NCBI GenBank assembly: GCA_964361595.1
Contig: CAYIAX010000003.1
Span: 6,071-70,070, forward strand
DNA length: 64,000 nt
Direction of reading: 5' to 3'
Source: an uncultured Candidatus Saccharibacteria bacterium
GTDB taxonomy: Bacteria; Patescibacteriota; Minisyncoccia; UBA6257; 2-01-FULL-56-20
Of this stretch, positions 20,125-30,016 are shown in pieces. The notes beneath the pieces were generated by a model. That model was given only the letters and a program-made list of their open reading frames with translations, did not search any database and was not told where the DNA came from. The stretch's first letter is position 1. Each line of letters begins with the position of its first letter. The translations under genes were made by a program, and so were the position numbers.

Positions 20125-21144
20125 ATGGAAAAGAGAATTTTTGAAATATCCTGGATCAGCCTCTGGCGCGTACTGGTTTTGGTCGCCTTGGCGAGCGTCA
20201 TCTGGCAGGGCCTGCCTATTCTTTTAGGCCTTTTTTTGGCGATCGCGATTTCTTCCGGTTTGGAATTTTTAGTCGACTTTTTGGAGCGGCTTGGCATGCC
20301 CCGGACTTTGGGAGTGATCACGATCTTTTTAGTCGCCGCACTTTTCGTCATTGTCGTCGTCTATGCTGTAATTCCCTTGATTATCGTTGATCTAAGCAGT
20401 ATTTTTAGCGGACTGACCAAGGCCGCGAGTAAAGCCTGGTGGGGACCGCTCATTAATTTTAAAACCACGCAATCCCTAACAGCAATCATTAACCGCATTT
20501 CCAGCCAGTTCTTGGCGGGGGATACATCGCCCTTCTCCGCTTTTTCCGACGTGGTGGGCGGCATCGCGCTGGCCTTATCCGTTTTGATCAGCTCTTTTTA
20601 CCTAAGTCTTACCCATGACGGCGTGGAAAGGTTTATCCGCGCAGTTTTCCCGGCTGACCACGAGGAGGCCGTGCTTCGGATTTACGCGCGGGCCCGGAAA
20701 AAAATCGGCTTTTGGTTCCGGACGCAAATTATTTTGAGTTTGACCATGGGCTTCCTGGTTTGGATCTCGCTCTTGCTCTTAGGGGTAAAGCATGCATTTC
20801 TGGTCGGCGTCTTGGCCGCAATTTTTGAACTCGTGCCTTATGTGGGCCCGGTCTTATCCGGTGCCGTGGCTGTGATTTTGGCACTCGCAGTTTCTCCAAG
20901 CACCGCTTTGTATACTTTGATAGTATTCCTCTTTTTACATCAGGTTGAAAATCACTTTTTAGTCCCGCTTCTCGCGGGCAGAAACGTGGGTTTGCATCCG
21001 GTGATTGTAATTATTGCGCTTTTAGTCGGCGCCGAGGTCGGCGGGCTTTTAGGTATTTTAATCTCCGTGCCTGCGGCCGTGGTCATCCAGGAAATAATTG
21101 AAGACTGGTCTTCGCGTAAGCGGACGCGTCTGGCGGCTACTTAA
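20125..21144 (+). CDS. AI-2E family (UPF0118/PerM) transporter
   Basis: Eight-TM topology with the conserved ELVPYVGP...G segment typical of AI-2E permeases. Confidence 0.7.
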   Translation: MEKRIFEISWISLWRVLVLVALASVIWQGLPILLGLFLAIAISSGLEFLVDFLERLGMPRTLGVITIFLVAALFVIVVVYAVIPLIIVDLSSIFSGLTKAASKAWWGPLINFKTTQSLTAIINRISSQFLAGDTSPFSAFSDVVGGIALALSVLISSFYLSLTHDGVERFIRAVFPADHEEAVLRIYARARKKIGFWFRTQIILSLTMGFLVWISLLLLGVKHAFLVGVLAAIFELVPYVGPVLSGAVAVILALAVSPSTALYTLIVFLFLHQVENHFLVPLLAGRNVGLHPVIVIIALLVGAEVGGLLGILISVPAAVVIQEIIEDWSSRKRTRLAAT

Positions 21145-21145
21145 G

Positions 21146-22621
21146 ATGGAAGGAAAATTTTATATTACGACGACGATTCCTTACGTGAATGCGCCGCCGC
21201 ACATCGGTTTCGCCTTGGAGGCTCTAGAGGCAGATGTAATTGCGCGTTATCACCGCTCCTTGGGTGAGGAGGTGATTTTTAGCACCGGCACCGACGAGTA
21301 TGGCGCGAAGATTTACGAACGAGCGCTCCAGGAAAAAAAAGATCCCCAAGCGTATGTTGATGAATATGTGGCTAAGTTCGAAGATTTAAAGTCGGCTTTA
21401 GGCTTGAGCTACACGAACTTTGTCCGCACCACAAGCGCGCATCACAAAAAAGCCGCGCAGAAATTTTGGCAGCTTTGCGACCAAAGCGGCGATATTGAAA
21501 AAAAGCTGTATAAAATAAAGTATTGCGTAGGCTGTGAGCTGGAAAAAACGGATTCGGAGCTTCAAGACGGCCATTGCCCCCTCCATCCCAACCGCGAGCT
21601 TGAAATTCGCGAAGAGGAAAATTATTTTTTCAAATTTTCCAAGTATGGTGAGAGATTACTCGCTTTTTACGAAAAAAATCCGGATTTTGTAATCCCCAAC
21701 TTCCGTTTCAATGAAATTAAGCGTTTCATTGAAAAAGGATTGAACGATTTCAGCATCTCGCGCCTCAAAGAAAAAATGCCTTGGGGCGTACCCGTGCCCG
21801 GCGATGAGAAGCACGTTATGTACGTATGGTTTGATGCGCTCGTGAACTATGTTTCGACCTTGGGCTGGCCGGATGAATCAAAAACCTTTAGCGAGTTTTG
21901 GCCAGGCATGCAGATTGCCGGCAAGGACCAGATACGCCAGCAAGCCGCCATGTGGCAGGCCATGCTTATGTCCGCAGGAATTCCCAATTCCAAACAAATT
22001 CTTATCCACGGATTTATCAATATTGGCGGAGAAAAAATGAGCAAAAGCTTGGGCAATGTAGTTGACCCCCTGGCCCTGGCTTCAAAGTACGGTACTGACG
22101 CAGTGCGTTACTTTTTGGCCCGTCATATTCATCCTTTTGACGACAGCGATTTTTCAATTGAAGAATTTGAAGAAGCATATAATGCGAATCTTGCGAACGG
22201 CTTGGGCAACTTTGCCGCCCGGATAGTTGCTCTGGGCGAAGGCCAGGGCAAAATACCGTTAAAAGAGCGGAGACTGTCCGACACGGTTGCTCAAAAAATC
22301 GAATCGGGAAAAGCCGAGCTAACAGAAAGATTTGCAGAGTTTAAATTGAATGAAGCGATTGATGCCATTTGGCAGCTGATCCGATTCGGTGACGGTTACG
22401 TAAATGAAAAGAAGCCCTGGAAGAAGGCGGGAGAAAAAGATACGCAAGCAGTTTATGAATTAGCTGAAATTTTAAGCAGCGTCGCAAATATGCTCGCGCC
22501 TTTTTTGCCTGAAACGGCAAAAAAAATTGCCGAGTCAATTGATACCGATCATCCGGACGATGTGTTTGGTCCAGTAATGCGATTTAAAAAATTAACTCCG
22601 CTTTTCCCGCGCCTGGATTAA
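21146..22621 (+). CDS. metG: methionyl-tRNA synthetase
   Basis: TTIPYVNAPPHIGFA (HIGH-type), KMSKSLGNVVDP (KMSKS) and the CxxC...CPLH zinc knuckle. Start placed at MEGKFY right after the upstream stop. Confidence 0.9.
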   Translation: MEGKFYITTTIPYVNAPPHIGFALEALEADVIARYHRSLGEEVIFSTGTDEYGAKIYERALQEKKDPQAYVDEYVAKFEDLKSALGLSYTNFVRTTSAHHKKAAQKFWQLCDQSGDIEKKLYKIKYCVGCELEKTDSELQDGHCPLHPNRELEIREEENYFFKFSKYGERLLAFYEKNPDFVIPNFRFNEIKRFIEKGLNDFSISRLKEKMPWGVPVPGDEKHVMYVWFDALVNYVSTLGWPDESKTFSEFWPGMQIAGKDQIRQQAAMWQAMLMSAGIPNSKQILIHGFINIGGEKMSKSLGNVVDPLALASKYGTDAVRYFLARHIHPFDDSDFSIEEFEEAYNANLANGLGNFAARIVALGEGQGKIPLKERRLSDTVAQKIESGKAELTERFAEFKLNEAIDAIWQLIRFGDGYVNEKKPWKKAGEKDTQAVYELAEILSSVANMLAPFLPETAKKIAESIDTDHPDDVFGPVMRFKKLTPLFPRLD

Positions 22622-22647
22622 GTCGTATATGCAATTAGCCATTTGCG

Positions 22648-23505
22648 ATGAGCGCTAAGCCAATCATGTATTTTGATGCCCACACACACGTTCACTTCGC
22701 GGCTTTTAAGGAGGATTCGAAAGAGGTCATCAGGCGCGCGCTTGATGCCGAAGTCTGGCTCGTAACGGTCGGGACGCAGAAAGACACATCTCGAAAAGCC
22801 GTTGAGGTTGCCTCCGAGTATGACAAGGGCGTTTATGCGGCCATAGGTCTCCATCCTGTTCATACGTCCAAGTCATTTCACGACGAAGAGGAGCTGGGCG
22901 GCGGCGAAGCGGCAAAGTCTTTCACGAGTCGCGGCGAAGTTTTTGATCACGGTTACTATCTTAACCTCGCGAAAAATCCGAAGACGGTAGCGATAGGCGA
23001 GTGCGGCCTCGATTATTATCGGATGGAGGGCGACGGGAAAGAGCTTAAGGAAAAACAAAAGCAAGCTTTTGAATTGCAGATCGAACTGGCGAAAGAAGTT
23101 AAAAAACCGCTCATGATCCATTGCCGGGACGCTTTTTCGGATGTTTTGGATATGCTTAAAGCCCTTTCCGCGCCGCCCAGTGTCGCTCATCAAATGGTAA
23201 GAACTGTTAATGAAGCCAAGAAACTTTTGGATCTGGGCTACTACTTTACCTTCTCCGGCAATATTACTTTCAAGCCCAAACCGGACAAACCGGCTTTTGA
23301 CGAGGTCATAAAATACATTCCGCTCGACAGGATCCTAACCGAAACGGACGCCCCGTATCTTGCGCCTGCCCCTTACCGCGGAAAGCGGAATGAACCTGCA
23401 TATGTAATCGAGGTGGTAAAAAAACTTGCGGAACTTAAAAACTTAAGCCAGGAAGATATGGCCGCGCAGATTTTCGCGAATGCCAAGCGGATTTTCAAGA
23501 TTTGA
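22648..23505 (+). CDS. tatD: TatD family metal-dependent hydrolase
   Basis: FDAHTHVHF, AIGECGLDY, IHCRDA and ETDAPYL are TatD motifs. Confidence 0.85.
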   Translation: MSAKPIMYFDAHTHVHFAAFKEDSKEVIRRALDAEVWLVTVGTQKDTSRKAVEVASEYDKGVYAAIGLHPVHTSKSFHDEEELGGGEAAKSFTSRGEVFDHGYYLNLAKNPKTVAIGECGLDYYRMEGDGKELKEKQKQAFELQIELAKEVKKPLMIHCRDAFSDVLDMLKALSAPPSVAHQMVRTVNEAKKLLDLGYYFTFSGNITFKPKPDKPAFDEVIKYIPLDRILTETDAPYLAPAPYRGKRNEPAYVIEVVKKLAELKNLSQEDMAAQIFANAKRIFKI

Positions 23506-23572
23506 CCGGAGAATAATAACACCGTGGGTCCTTTTTTGTTGATTTTTCAAGCTTTTTCGCCTATGCTCAATA

Positions 23573-26113
23573 GTGAATTATATGAAAGAAGCGTACGAGC
23601 CTAAAAAAATCGAGAAGAAATGGCAGAAGACTTGGCTGGACCAAAAAGTTTTTGCCGCCAAAGATAATTCCAAAAAACTTAAATTCTACCAGCTTGAGAC
23701 TTTTCCGTATCCTTCGGCCGCCGGGCTCCACGTGGGCCATCCCAAGGGTTATATCGCCGAAGATATCCACGCCCGCTACACGCGCATGCGGGGCAAGGAG
23801 GTGCTCTATACAATGGGTTGGGATGCTTTCGGCCTGCCGACGGAAAATTATGCGATCAAGATCGGCAAAAGCCCGAAAACAGTTGCGGCTGATAACATCA
23901 AGAATTTCAAGCGGCAGGTGCAAATGTTCGGCTTCTCTTATGATTGGGACCGCGAAATCAATACCGCCTCGCCGGAATATTACAAATGGACGCAATGGAT
24001 TTTCATCGAGCTTTTTAAGCGCGGTTTGGCTTACCGGAAGAAAGGAAAGGTTAACTGGTGTCCTAAGGATGAAACCGTACTTGCGAATGAGCAAGTGGAG
24101 GCGGGAAAGTGCTGGCGCTGCGGCAGTGCGGTTGAGCAGCGCGAGATGGAACAGTGGTATTTTAAAATCACGGATTATGCCGAGCGGTTACTAAATGATC
24201 TCGATGCTCTAACTCCGAAGCTTGATTGGCCGGCAGCTACGGTTAAGCGGCAAAAGGATTGGATCGGAAGATCGGAAGGAGCCCTTATACGATTTCCAAT
24301 CGTATCGCAGACAGGCGCGGAGAAAACGCGGACTGACGCGGAAAATCAGCGTAGGTCGGCGTCCAGTCAGCGAGAGTCCGCGTCGGTGGAAGTATTCACG
24401 ACGCGGCCGGACACGCTATTCGGGGCCACGTATATGGTATTGGCACCCGAACATCCGCTGTTTAAGAATTTAGAATCCAGAATTCAGAATCTAGCGGCGG
24501 TCAAAAAATATATTCGCGCGGCAAGCCGCAAGACCGAGCTCATGCGTCAGGAAGAAGCGCGCGAAAAAACCGGCGTGGAGCTTAAGGGCGTAAAAGCGAT
24601 AAATCCCGCGACTAAAGAAGAAATTCCCATCTGGATTGCTGACTATGTGTTTGCAAGCTACGGTACGGGCGCGATTATGGCGGTGCCGGCGCACGACGAA
24701 CGGGATTTTGAATTTGCGAAAAAATATAAACTCGCAATTAAGCAGGTGATTGGGCCAAAAGATAAAAAAGAAATGAAAACCGTGTGTTGGACCGGCGAAG
24801 GAATTCTAATTAACTCCGGCAAATTTTCCGGCCTGGATTCAGAATCTGCTAAATGGGCGATTACGAAAGAAGTTGGGGGAGCAAAAAAAGTCCAGTATAA
24901 AATGCGCGATTGGTCCGTTTCGCGCCAGCGCTATTGGGGCGCGCCGATTCCGATGGTCCATTGTGAAAAATGCGGCATCCTGCCCGTCGTGGAAAAAGAC
25001 CTGCCTGTACTTCTGCCGGATGATGCCAATTCTAAACAAAGTCAAAGGATGGATTATCGGCCGAAGGGAAAACCGCCGCTCGCAAGTTTAAAAACCTTCA
25101 TGGCCGTGAAATGTCCACAATGCGGTAGTGATGCAAAGCGTGATCCGGAAACACTTGATACATTCGTTGATTCCGCTTGGTATTACATTGCATACGCTAT
25201 GCAAGGAATTTCCAATTTCCAATTTCCAATTTCCAATTACACGAAAGCCATCGCGCATTGGTTGCCGGTCGACCTTTACGTGATCGGAGCCGAGCATACC
25301 ACGCTCCATTTGCTTTATTCTCGTTTTATTACAAAAGCTTTGCACGATGCCGGCCATATTGAATTTTCCGAACCGTTCTTGAAGCTGCGCCACTTAGGCC
25401 TAATCCGCGGAGCCGATGGGCAAAAAATGTCGAAATCGAAAGGCAATGTTGTAAATCCGGACTCGCTGATTGAGGAGTTTGGAGCCGATACGGTGCGCGT
25501 CTACGAAATGTTCATGGGGCCTTTTGAGGACGGGCAGCCTTGGGATCCGCGCGGAGTTATGGGCGCGCACAGGTTCCTGAATCGCTTTTGGGAATACGCG
25601 ACGTGGCTCACGAGCCAGATAAATAGCGGCATTGCTGAACCAGGCTTGAAGCGGGACGCTGTTCACAGAGCCATTAAAAAGATCGGCGAGGATATTGCGG
25701 GGTTTAAATTTAACACAGCTATTTCAACCTTGATGATTGTTCTGAATGAACTTACCGCGCAGGGCAAAATGCTGCCTTTGGCTCAAGCCGATTTTGAATC
25801 ATTATTAAAAATCTTCAATCCTTTTGCTCCGCACATGGCGCAAGAATTATGGTCGCGGCTGGACCATAAAACGTTTTTGGATTTCGAACCTTGGCCCGAA
25901 TATGACAAATCCGCCCTGAAGACAGAAAAATTCTTAATGGTAATCCAGGTAAACGGCAAACTCCGCGATTCCGTGGAAGTTGCCGCCGGAATTACCCAGG
26001 AAGAGGCGCAAGCGATCGCTCTCACGCGCGACCGTATCAAAGATTTGGTCAGGGGGAAAACCCCCAAGCGCGTCATTTACGTTCCCGGCCGATTGCTTAA
26101 TATAGTTACATGA
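23573..26113 (+). CDS. leuS: leucyl-tRNA synthetase
   Basis: HVGHPKGY (HIGH), KMSKSKGN (KMSKS), editing/CP1 domain and zinc-binding CxxC pairs. Length 846 aa. Confidence 0.9.
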   Translation: MNYMKEAYEPKKIEKKWQKTWLDQKVFAAKDNSKKLKFYQLETFPYPSAAGLHVGHPKGYIAEDIHARYTRMRGKEVLYTMGWDAFGLPTENYAIKIGKSPKTVAADNIKNFKRQVQMFGFSYDWDREINTASPEYYKWTQWIFIELFKRGLAYRKKGKVNWCPKDETVLANEQVEAGKCWRCGSAVEQREMEQWYFKITDYAERLLNDLDALTPKLDWPAATVKRQKDWIGRSEGALIRFPIVSQTGAEKTRTDAENQRRSASSQRESASVEVFTTRPDTLFGATYMVLAPEHPLFKNLESRIQNLAAVKKYIRAASRKTELMRQEEAREKTGVELKGVKAINPATKEEIPIWIADYVFASYGTGAIMAVPAHDERDFEFAKKYKLAIKQVIGPKDKKEMKTVCWTGEGILINSGKFSGLDSESAKWAITKEVGGAKKVQYKMRDWSVSRQRYWGAPIPMVHCEKCGILPVVEKDLPVLLPDDANSKQSQRMDYRPKGKPPLASLKTFMAVKCPQCGSDAKRDPETLDTFVDSAWYYIAYAMQGISNFQFPISNYTKAIAHWLPVDLYVIGAEHTTLHLLYSRFITKALHDAGHIEFSEPFLKLRHLGLIRGADGQKMSKSKGNVVNPDSLIEEFGADTVRVYEMFMGPFEDGQPWDPRGVMGAHRFLNRFWEYATWLTSQINSGIAEPGLKRDAVHRAIKKIGEDIAGFKFNTAISTLMIVLNELTAQGKMLPLAQADFESLLKIFNPFAPHMAQELWSRLDHKTFLDFEPWPEYDKSALKTEKFLMVIQVNGKLRDSVEVAAGITQEEAQAIALTRDRIKDLVRGKTPKRVIYVPGRLLNIVT

Positions 26114-26153
26114 GTCCCGTTAGAGACAAAATCATGTATTATTTATTAACAGC

Positions 26154-27047
26154 ATGAAAGTAGTTATCGGCATCGTTATTATCATCATCCTGGTTGTTTT
26201 CTTGAGCCAAATTGGCCGGTTCACTTCGTGGAGTTGGAAAGGTCTTTTCAACTCTTCATCTTCGCCGTATTACTTCAACTATGCTCCGCAGGCGACCTCA
26301 ACGCCGCAAGCGACAACAACCCCGCCGGTTTCTTCGGGCCAATCGAGCCAGACAATAAATCCGGAGGACATTCCGCGCGGGTTTACGCTTAAGCAGCTTT
26401 CGCCGTATTTCAACCGCGTAAAAATAGATTCGGTCATCGTGCAAGATCCTTCGCAGGGGATTGTCTACGATACGGTAGTAATTAAAGCGGATTTGCGCGA
26501 GAGCGAAGCGGTGAATGTAAGCGGCTGGTTTTTAAAAGCTAATCGCGGCAGCTTTTACATCCCGCGCGCGGTCGCGCTCTACAATCCCGCAGCCCAGCCG
26601 GTCGAAGGTGATATCGTTTTGCGGTCACAAAACACGCTCAAGATTTTTTCTACCCGCGGGCCATTTACTTTTAATCTTAAAATCAACAAGTGCATGGGCT
26701 ATTTGAATAACCGTTTTAATACTGTGCCAAAATTTTCCGATACCTGTCCACAGATCAACCGCTTGGATGTTTCCACCTTTACCGGCATCTGCCAAGACTA
26801 TATTTTCTCCTTGTCTACCTGCCAGGAACCCTCGCGCAATCCGCCCGTGCTCGTGGATGATTATGCTTGCAGGCAATATTTAAATTCGCTCGATTACCCG
26901 GGCTGTGTGAATCGCAACCGGCGCGATCCGGATTTCTATAACGGCGAGTGGTGGGCGTGGTCAGGGAATAGGTTTTTAGATCCCTTGCACGATCGTTTGC
27001 TGCTTTTTGATAAGAAAGCGCTTTTGGTAGGCGAGTATATTTATTGA
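26154..27047 (+). CDS. hypothetical secreted/membrane-anchored protein, Cys-rich
   Basis: N-terminal TM helix, a Thr/Pro/Ser-rich linker, and a C-terminal domain with several Cys. No known motif. Confidence 0.5.
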   Translation: MKVVIGIVIIIILVVFLSQIGRFTSWSWKGLFNSSSSPYYFNYAPQATSTPQATTTPPVSSGQSSQTINPEDIPRGFTLKQLSPYFNRVKIDSVIVQDPSQGIVYDTVVIKADLRESEAVNVSGWFLKANRGSFYIPRAVALYNPAAQPVEGDIVLRSQNTLKIFSTRGPFTFNLKINKCMGYLNNRFNTVPKFSDTCPQINRLDVSTFTGICQDYIFSLSTCQEPSRNPPVLVDDYACRQYLNSLDYPGCVNRNRRDPDFYNGEWWAWSGNRFLDPLHDRLLLFDKKALLVGEYIY

Positions 27048-27052
27048 AGAAC

Positions 27053-28108
27053 TTACTTCCGCTCCGCCAACACTACACGCACATTCAATTTTTTATCTCC
27101 GCGCAGGACAAGCAGGTTCATTACGTCGCCGACGGACATGTCTTCCAAGTAATCCTGGATCGGATGATCGCGGTCCACTTTGGCGTCGTTCACTTCAAGC
27201 ACAATATCTTTTTCTTTAAGTCCGGCCTTATCGGCGGGGCTTCCCGGCACGACGCCGTGGTCATGCGGAGTTTCATTCACGATGTAAGCGCCGTAATCTA
27301 CCGGCAATTTCATTTTGTGCTGGAGATTTTCATCGAGCACGATATAACGAACGCCCAAAAGCGGCCGCCGGATCCGTCCGAATTTATTCAGGTCATCGAG
27401 ATCGCGGCGGGCGGCATTGATGGGGATCGCAAAACCGATGTTCTGGGCGCCGAAAACGATTGCGGAATTGATGCCGATCGCAAGCCCGTCGCTTGTCACG
27501 AGCGGCCCGCCGGAATTGCCCGGATTAATGGCGGCGTCAGTTTGGATCAAGCCGCGCATTTCCTGCGGCGCCGATTTGGGATCGGCTTTGGCGGAAATTG
27601 AGCGCGAGAGGCCGGAGACGATACCCTGGGAAACCGTGTTTTTAAAAATACCCAAGGCATTTCCGATCGCAACCACATTTTGCCCCAGCTCCAATTTGGC
27701 GGCATCGCCCATAAAAACGGCCGGCAAAGCGGTAGCTTGGATTTTTAGGATAGCCACGTCGTTTATGGGGTCACGGGTCAAAATCTGTGCCGGGAACTTG
27801 CGGCCGTCGTTCATGGTTACCGTGTATTCGGCCTGGGGATCGCTAATCACATGTTTATTGGTCAAAACAAGCCCGTTTTGATCCACGACGAAACCCGAGC
27901 CGCCGCCCACCTGCACCATGCCGCGGCTGTCCACCATGAAGTCGGGAATCTTGAACTTCTTTTGCGGCACGCGGTGCATGCCCGGGAAAAAAGAATAAAA
28001 CTGGTGCGCCATGTCTTTTTCCACATCTGCCAAATGCTTGGAGATCATAATGGAGACGACCGACGGCATCAGTTTTTTGATGATTGCGATAAGCTTTTTT
28101 TCGTCCAT
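27053..28108 (-). CDS. HtrA/DegP-like trypsin-family serine protease with PDZ domain
   Basis: GNSGGPLV serine motif, TNKHVI His region and a C-terminal PDZ-like segment, with an N-terminal TM. Confidence 0.85.
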   Translation of the reverse strand: MDEKKLIAIIKKLMPSVVSIMISKHLADVEKDMAHQFYSFFPGMHRVPQKKFKIPDFMVDSRGMVQVGGGSGFVVDQNGLVLTNKHVISDPQAEYTVTMNDGRKFPAQILTRDPINDVAILKIQATALPAVFMGDAAKLELGQNVVAIGNALGIFKNTVSQGIVSGLSRSISAKADPKSAPQEMRGLIQTDAAINPGNSGGPLVTSDGLAIGINSAIVFGAQNIGFAIPINAARRDLDDLNKFGRIRRPLLGVRYIVLDENLQHKMKLPVDYGAYIVNETPHDHGVVPGSPADKAGLKEKDIVLEVNDAKVDRDHPIQDYLEDMSVGDVMNLLVLRGDKKLNVRVVLAERK

Positions 28109-28192
28109 CCCGTTAGAAATAGGACGCGGACAATAAGTTCCGCTCCCTGCCTTTTTTAAGATTATACACTATCACCGACTTTATTAGAAATT

Positions 28193-28945
28193 TCATGCCT
28201 TGCGTCCGCGATTTCTAACGGGACGATGGCGGCGGAAAACCTTGAGCAGGGGAGCGTAAATGTCCTCGGCGTAAGGGATAACAAGCTCTTTATACGTAGG
28301 TTTGTTCGTAAACTGCAGATTGGGCATGTCTCGGACGACGAGGATCGGCGTCCGCTCGTTGCTTTCGCCCATAATAAGCACAGCCAGGGAGGCAACGCTG
28401 TCGATAACGTTTGCCCGCGTAACTTTTAATTTGCGGCCGAAAATATCTTTATGCCCGCGGTAGTCCTTAAGCGGCACGAGGCCGAAAAAGCCGATCGAGA
28501 TTCCCATCACGCCATAGCGCATGGGAATTGTATGGCTATCGGTAATAACTACGGCGAGTTCCTTCAGACGGAACTTCTTTTTTAAATAGTTACAGATCTC
28601 CAGGGCGAGTTTAGCGGGATTCTTCGGCCATAAAATGTAATAGCCGTTGCCGTTCGACTCATCAATGCCGGCGGAAGCGATCAGGGTATGTTCCTTGATG
28701 CTTAAGCAAAACCGGAATTTATTAAGATGCCGCAGGATATAAGCTTCGGCTTCGGTTTTTACGAGATCATCACGGGTTTTACCTCCGCCGATCTTTACCG
28801 TGCGGCCCTGGTGAATGCCCAAGACTTTCGAGGTGATCACAACTACATCTCGCTCTTTAAGTTTGGGCAGATAACGATCAAGAATCGGATAGATATTATC
28901 CCGGGGCGGCAAAATCGCGCGGGTTTTTACGGGAATGAAGCGCAT
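28193..28945 (-). CDS. CofE-like protein (F420-0:gamma-glutamyl ligase family)
   Basis: VVVITSKVLGIHQGR...IASAGIDESN matches the CofE/FbiB N-terminal domain pattern (TSKxVSKAEGR-like). Confidence 0.6.
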   Translation of the reverse strand: MRFIPVKTRAILPPRDNIYPILDRYLPKLKERDVVVITSKVLGIHQGRTVKIGGGKTRDDLVKTEAEAYILRHLNKFRFCLSIKEHTLIASAGIDESNGNGYYILWPKNPAKLALEICNYLKKKFRLKELAVVITDSHTIPMRYGVMGISIGFFGLVPLKDYRGHKDIFGRKLKVTRANVIDSVASLAVLIMGESNERTPILVVRDMPNLQFTNKPTYKELVIPYAEDIYAPLLKVFRRHRPVRNRGRKA

Positions 28946-28954
28946 TTTAGTAAT

Positions 28955-29416
28955 TTATAAAAGCGCCATTTCCAAAGCGGTCATGGCGGCTTCTACGCCT
29001 TTGTTGGTGCGGCCCCGCGATCGCACTTTGGCCTGCGCTAAATTATTGGTCGTAATCACGCCGAAGCCGATCGGTTTATTGTATTCGCGCATGATGTTTA
29101 TAAGTCCGTGGGATACAGCCGAAGCGATGTATTCGTCATGCTTGGTTTCGCCCTTGATGATACAGCCCAAGGCGACAAGCGCATCCAACTTTTTCGTTTT
29201 AATCAGCCGGGCGCAAGCGTAAGGGATTTCAAAACTGCCGGGCACCTTCAAGATGGTTATATTCTGCTTTTTAACTCGCCATTCTCTAAGCGTCTCCAAG
29301 GCGCCCTTGAGCATCGCTTCGGTAATGTCGCTGTTGAAGCGCGACATCACAACGCCAACCTTGAGAGCCGAAGCATTTTTAGCGTTTGTCTTCCGGGCGT
29401 ATTCTCTTATTTGCAT
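28955..29416 (-). CDS. ribH: 6,7-dimethyl-8-ribityllumazine synthase
   Basis: KVGVVMSRFN...GSFEIPYA...ALGCIIKGETKHDEYI...GFGVITT is diagnostic of lumazine synthase. Confidence 0.85.
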   Translation of the reverse strand: MQIREYARKTNAKNASALKVGVVMSRFNSDITEAMLKGALETLREWRVKKQNITILKVPGSFEIPYACARLIKTKKLDALVALGCIIKGETKHDEYIASAVSHGLINIMREYNKPIGFGVITTNNLAQAKVRSRGRTNKGVEAAMTALEMALL

Positions 29417-29425
29417 ACAAATACT

Positions 29426-30016
29426 TTACGCTTTATTTATGAGCGCGGCCAGATAGCGGGCCAGCATGTCTACTTCGATGTTTACTTCGTCACCGGGTTT
29501 CAATTCGCCCAAATTGGTTTTTGCGAGCGTGTAGGGGATTAAGGCCACCGTGAACCGGTCGGCATTTTTCTTCGCGACGGTTAAGCTTACGCCGTTTACG
29601 GCAACCGCACCTTTCTTAGCGACAAATTTAACAAGTTCGCGCGGGAGCTTTACCTCGATAACTTTCGAATTGCCGTAAGTTTTTAAGCTCGAAACTTTTC
29701 CCCGGCCGTCAATATGGCCTTGGACCAGGTGCCCGTCCAACAAACCATTTAGCGATAAAGGTTTTTCGAGATTCACCTCGCGGTTTTTTTTGAATGCAGC
29801 CGCAGTTGTTTTTTTGAGCGTCTCTGGCATGTATTCCACCTCGAAATAATTTGCGCCAAGTTTCTTGACCGTCGAGCAAATACCGTCAACCGCCACGCTC
29901 GCGCCCGGCTTAAGTTTCCAGCCCTTCGGTTTTTCGATGCGCACGCGCAAACAGGCTTTCGCCTTAGCCGTTAAAGCGATTAGCGCTTTGCTTTCAATAA
30001 TACCCGTGAACATCAA
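29426..30016 (-). CDS. ribE: riboflavin synthase alpha subunit
   Basis: Begins with the canonical MFTGIIE and has the duplicated barrel with GHIDG...SLTV. Confidence 0.85.
   Translation of the reverse strand: MMFTGIIESKALIALTAKAKACLRVRIEKPKGWKLKPGASVAVDGICSTVKKLGANYFEVEYMPETLKKTTAAAFKKNREVNLEKPLSLNGLLDGHLVQGHIDGRGKVSSLKTYGNSKVIEVKLPRELVKFVAKKGAVAVNGVSLTVAKKNADRFTVALIPYTLAKTNLGELKPGDEVNIEVDMLARYLAALINKA

Noticed and set aside
23567-24194. 175 aa minus-strand and 180 aa plus-strand ORFs at the leuS 5' end
   Set aside because: Both overlap the leuS frame, which contains the HIGH motif.
25200-25235. Whether the (ATTTCCA)4 repeat marks an insertion or intein in leuS
   Set aside because: The segment between the conserved WYY and WLPVD blocks is about the same length as in E. 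coli LeuS and the frame is continuous, so the repeat is part of the native gene.
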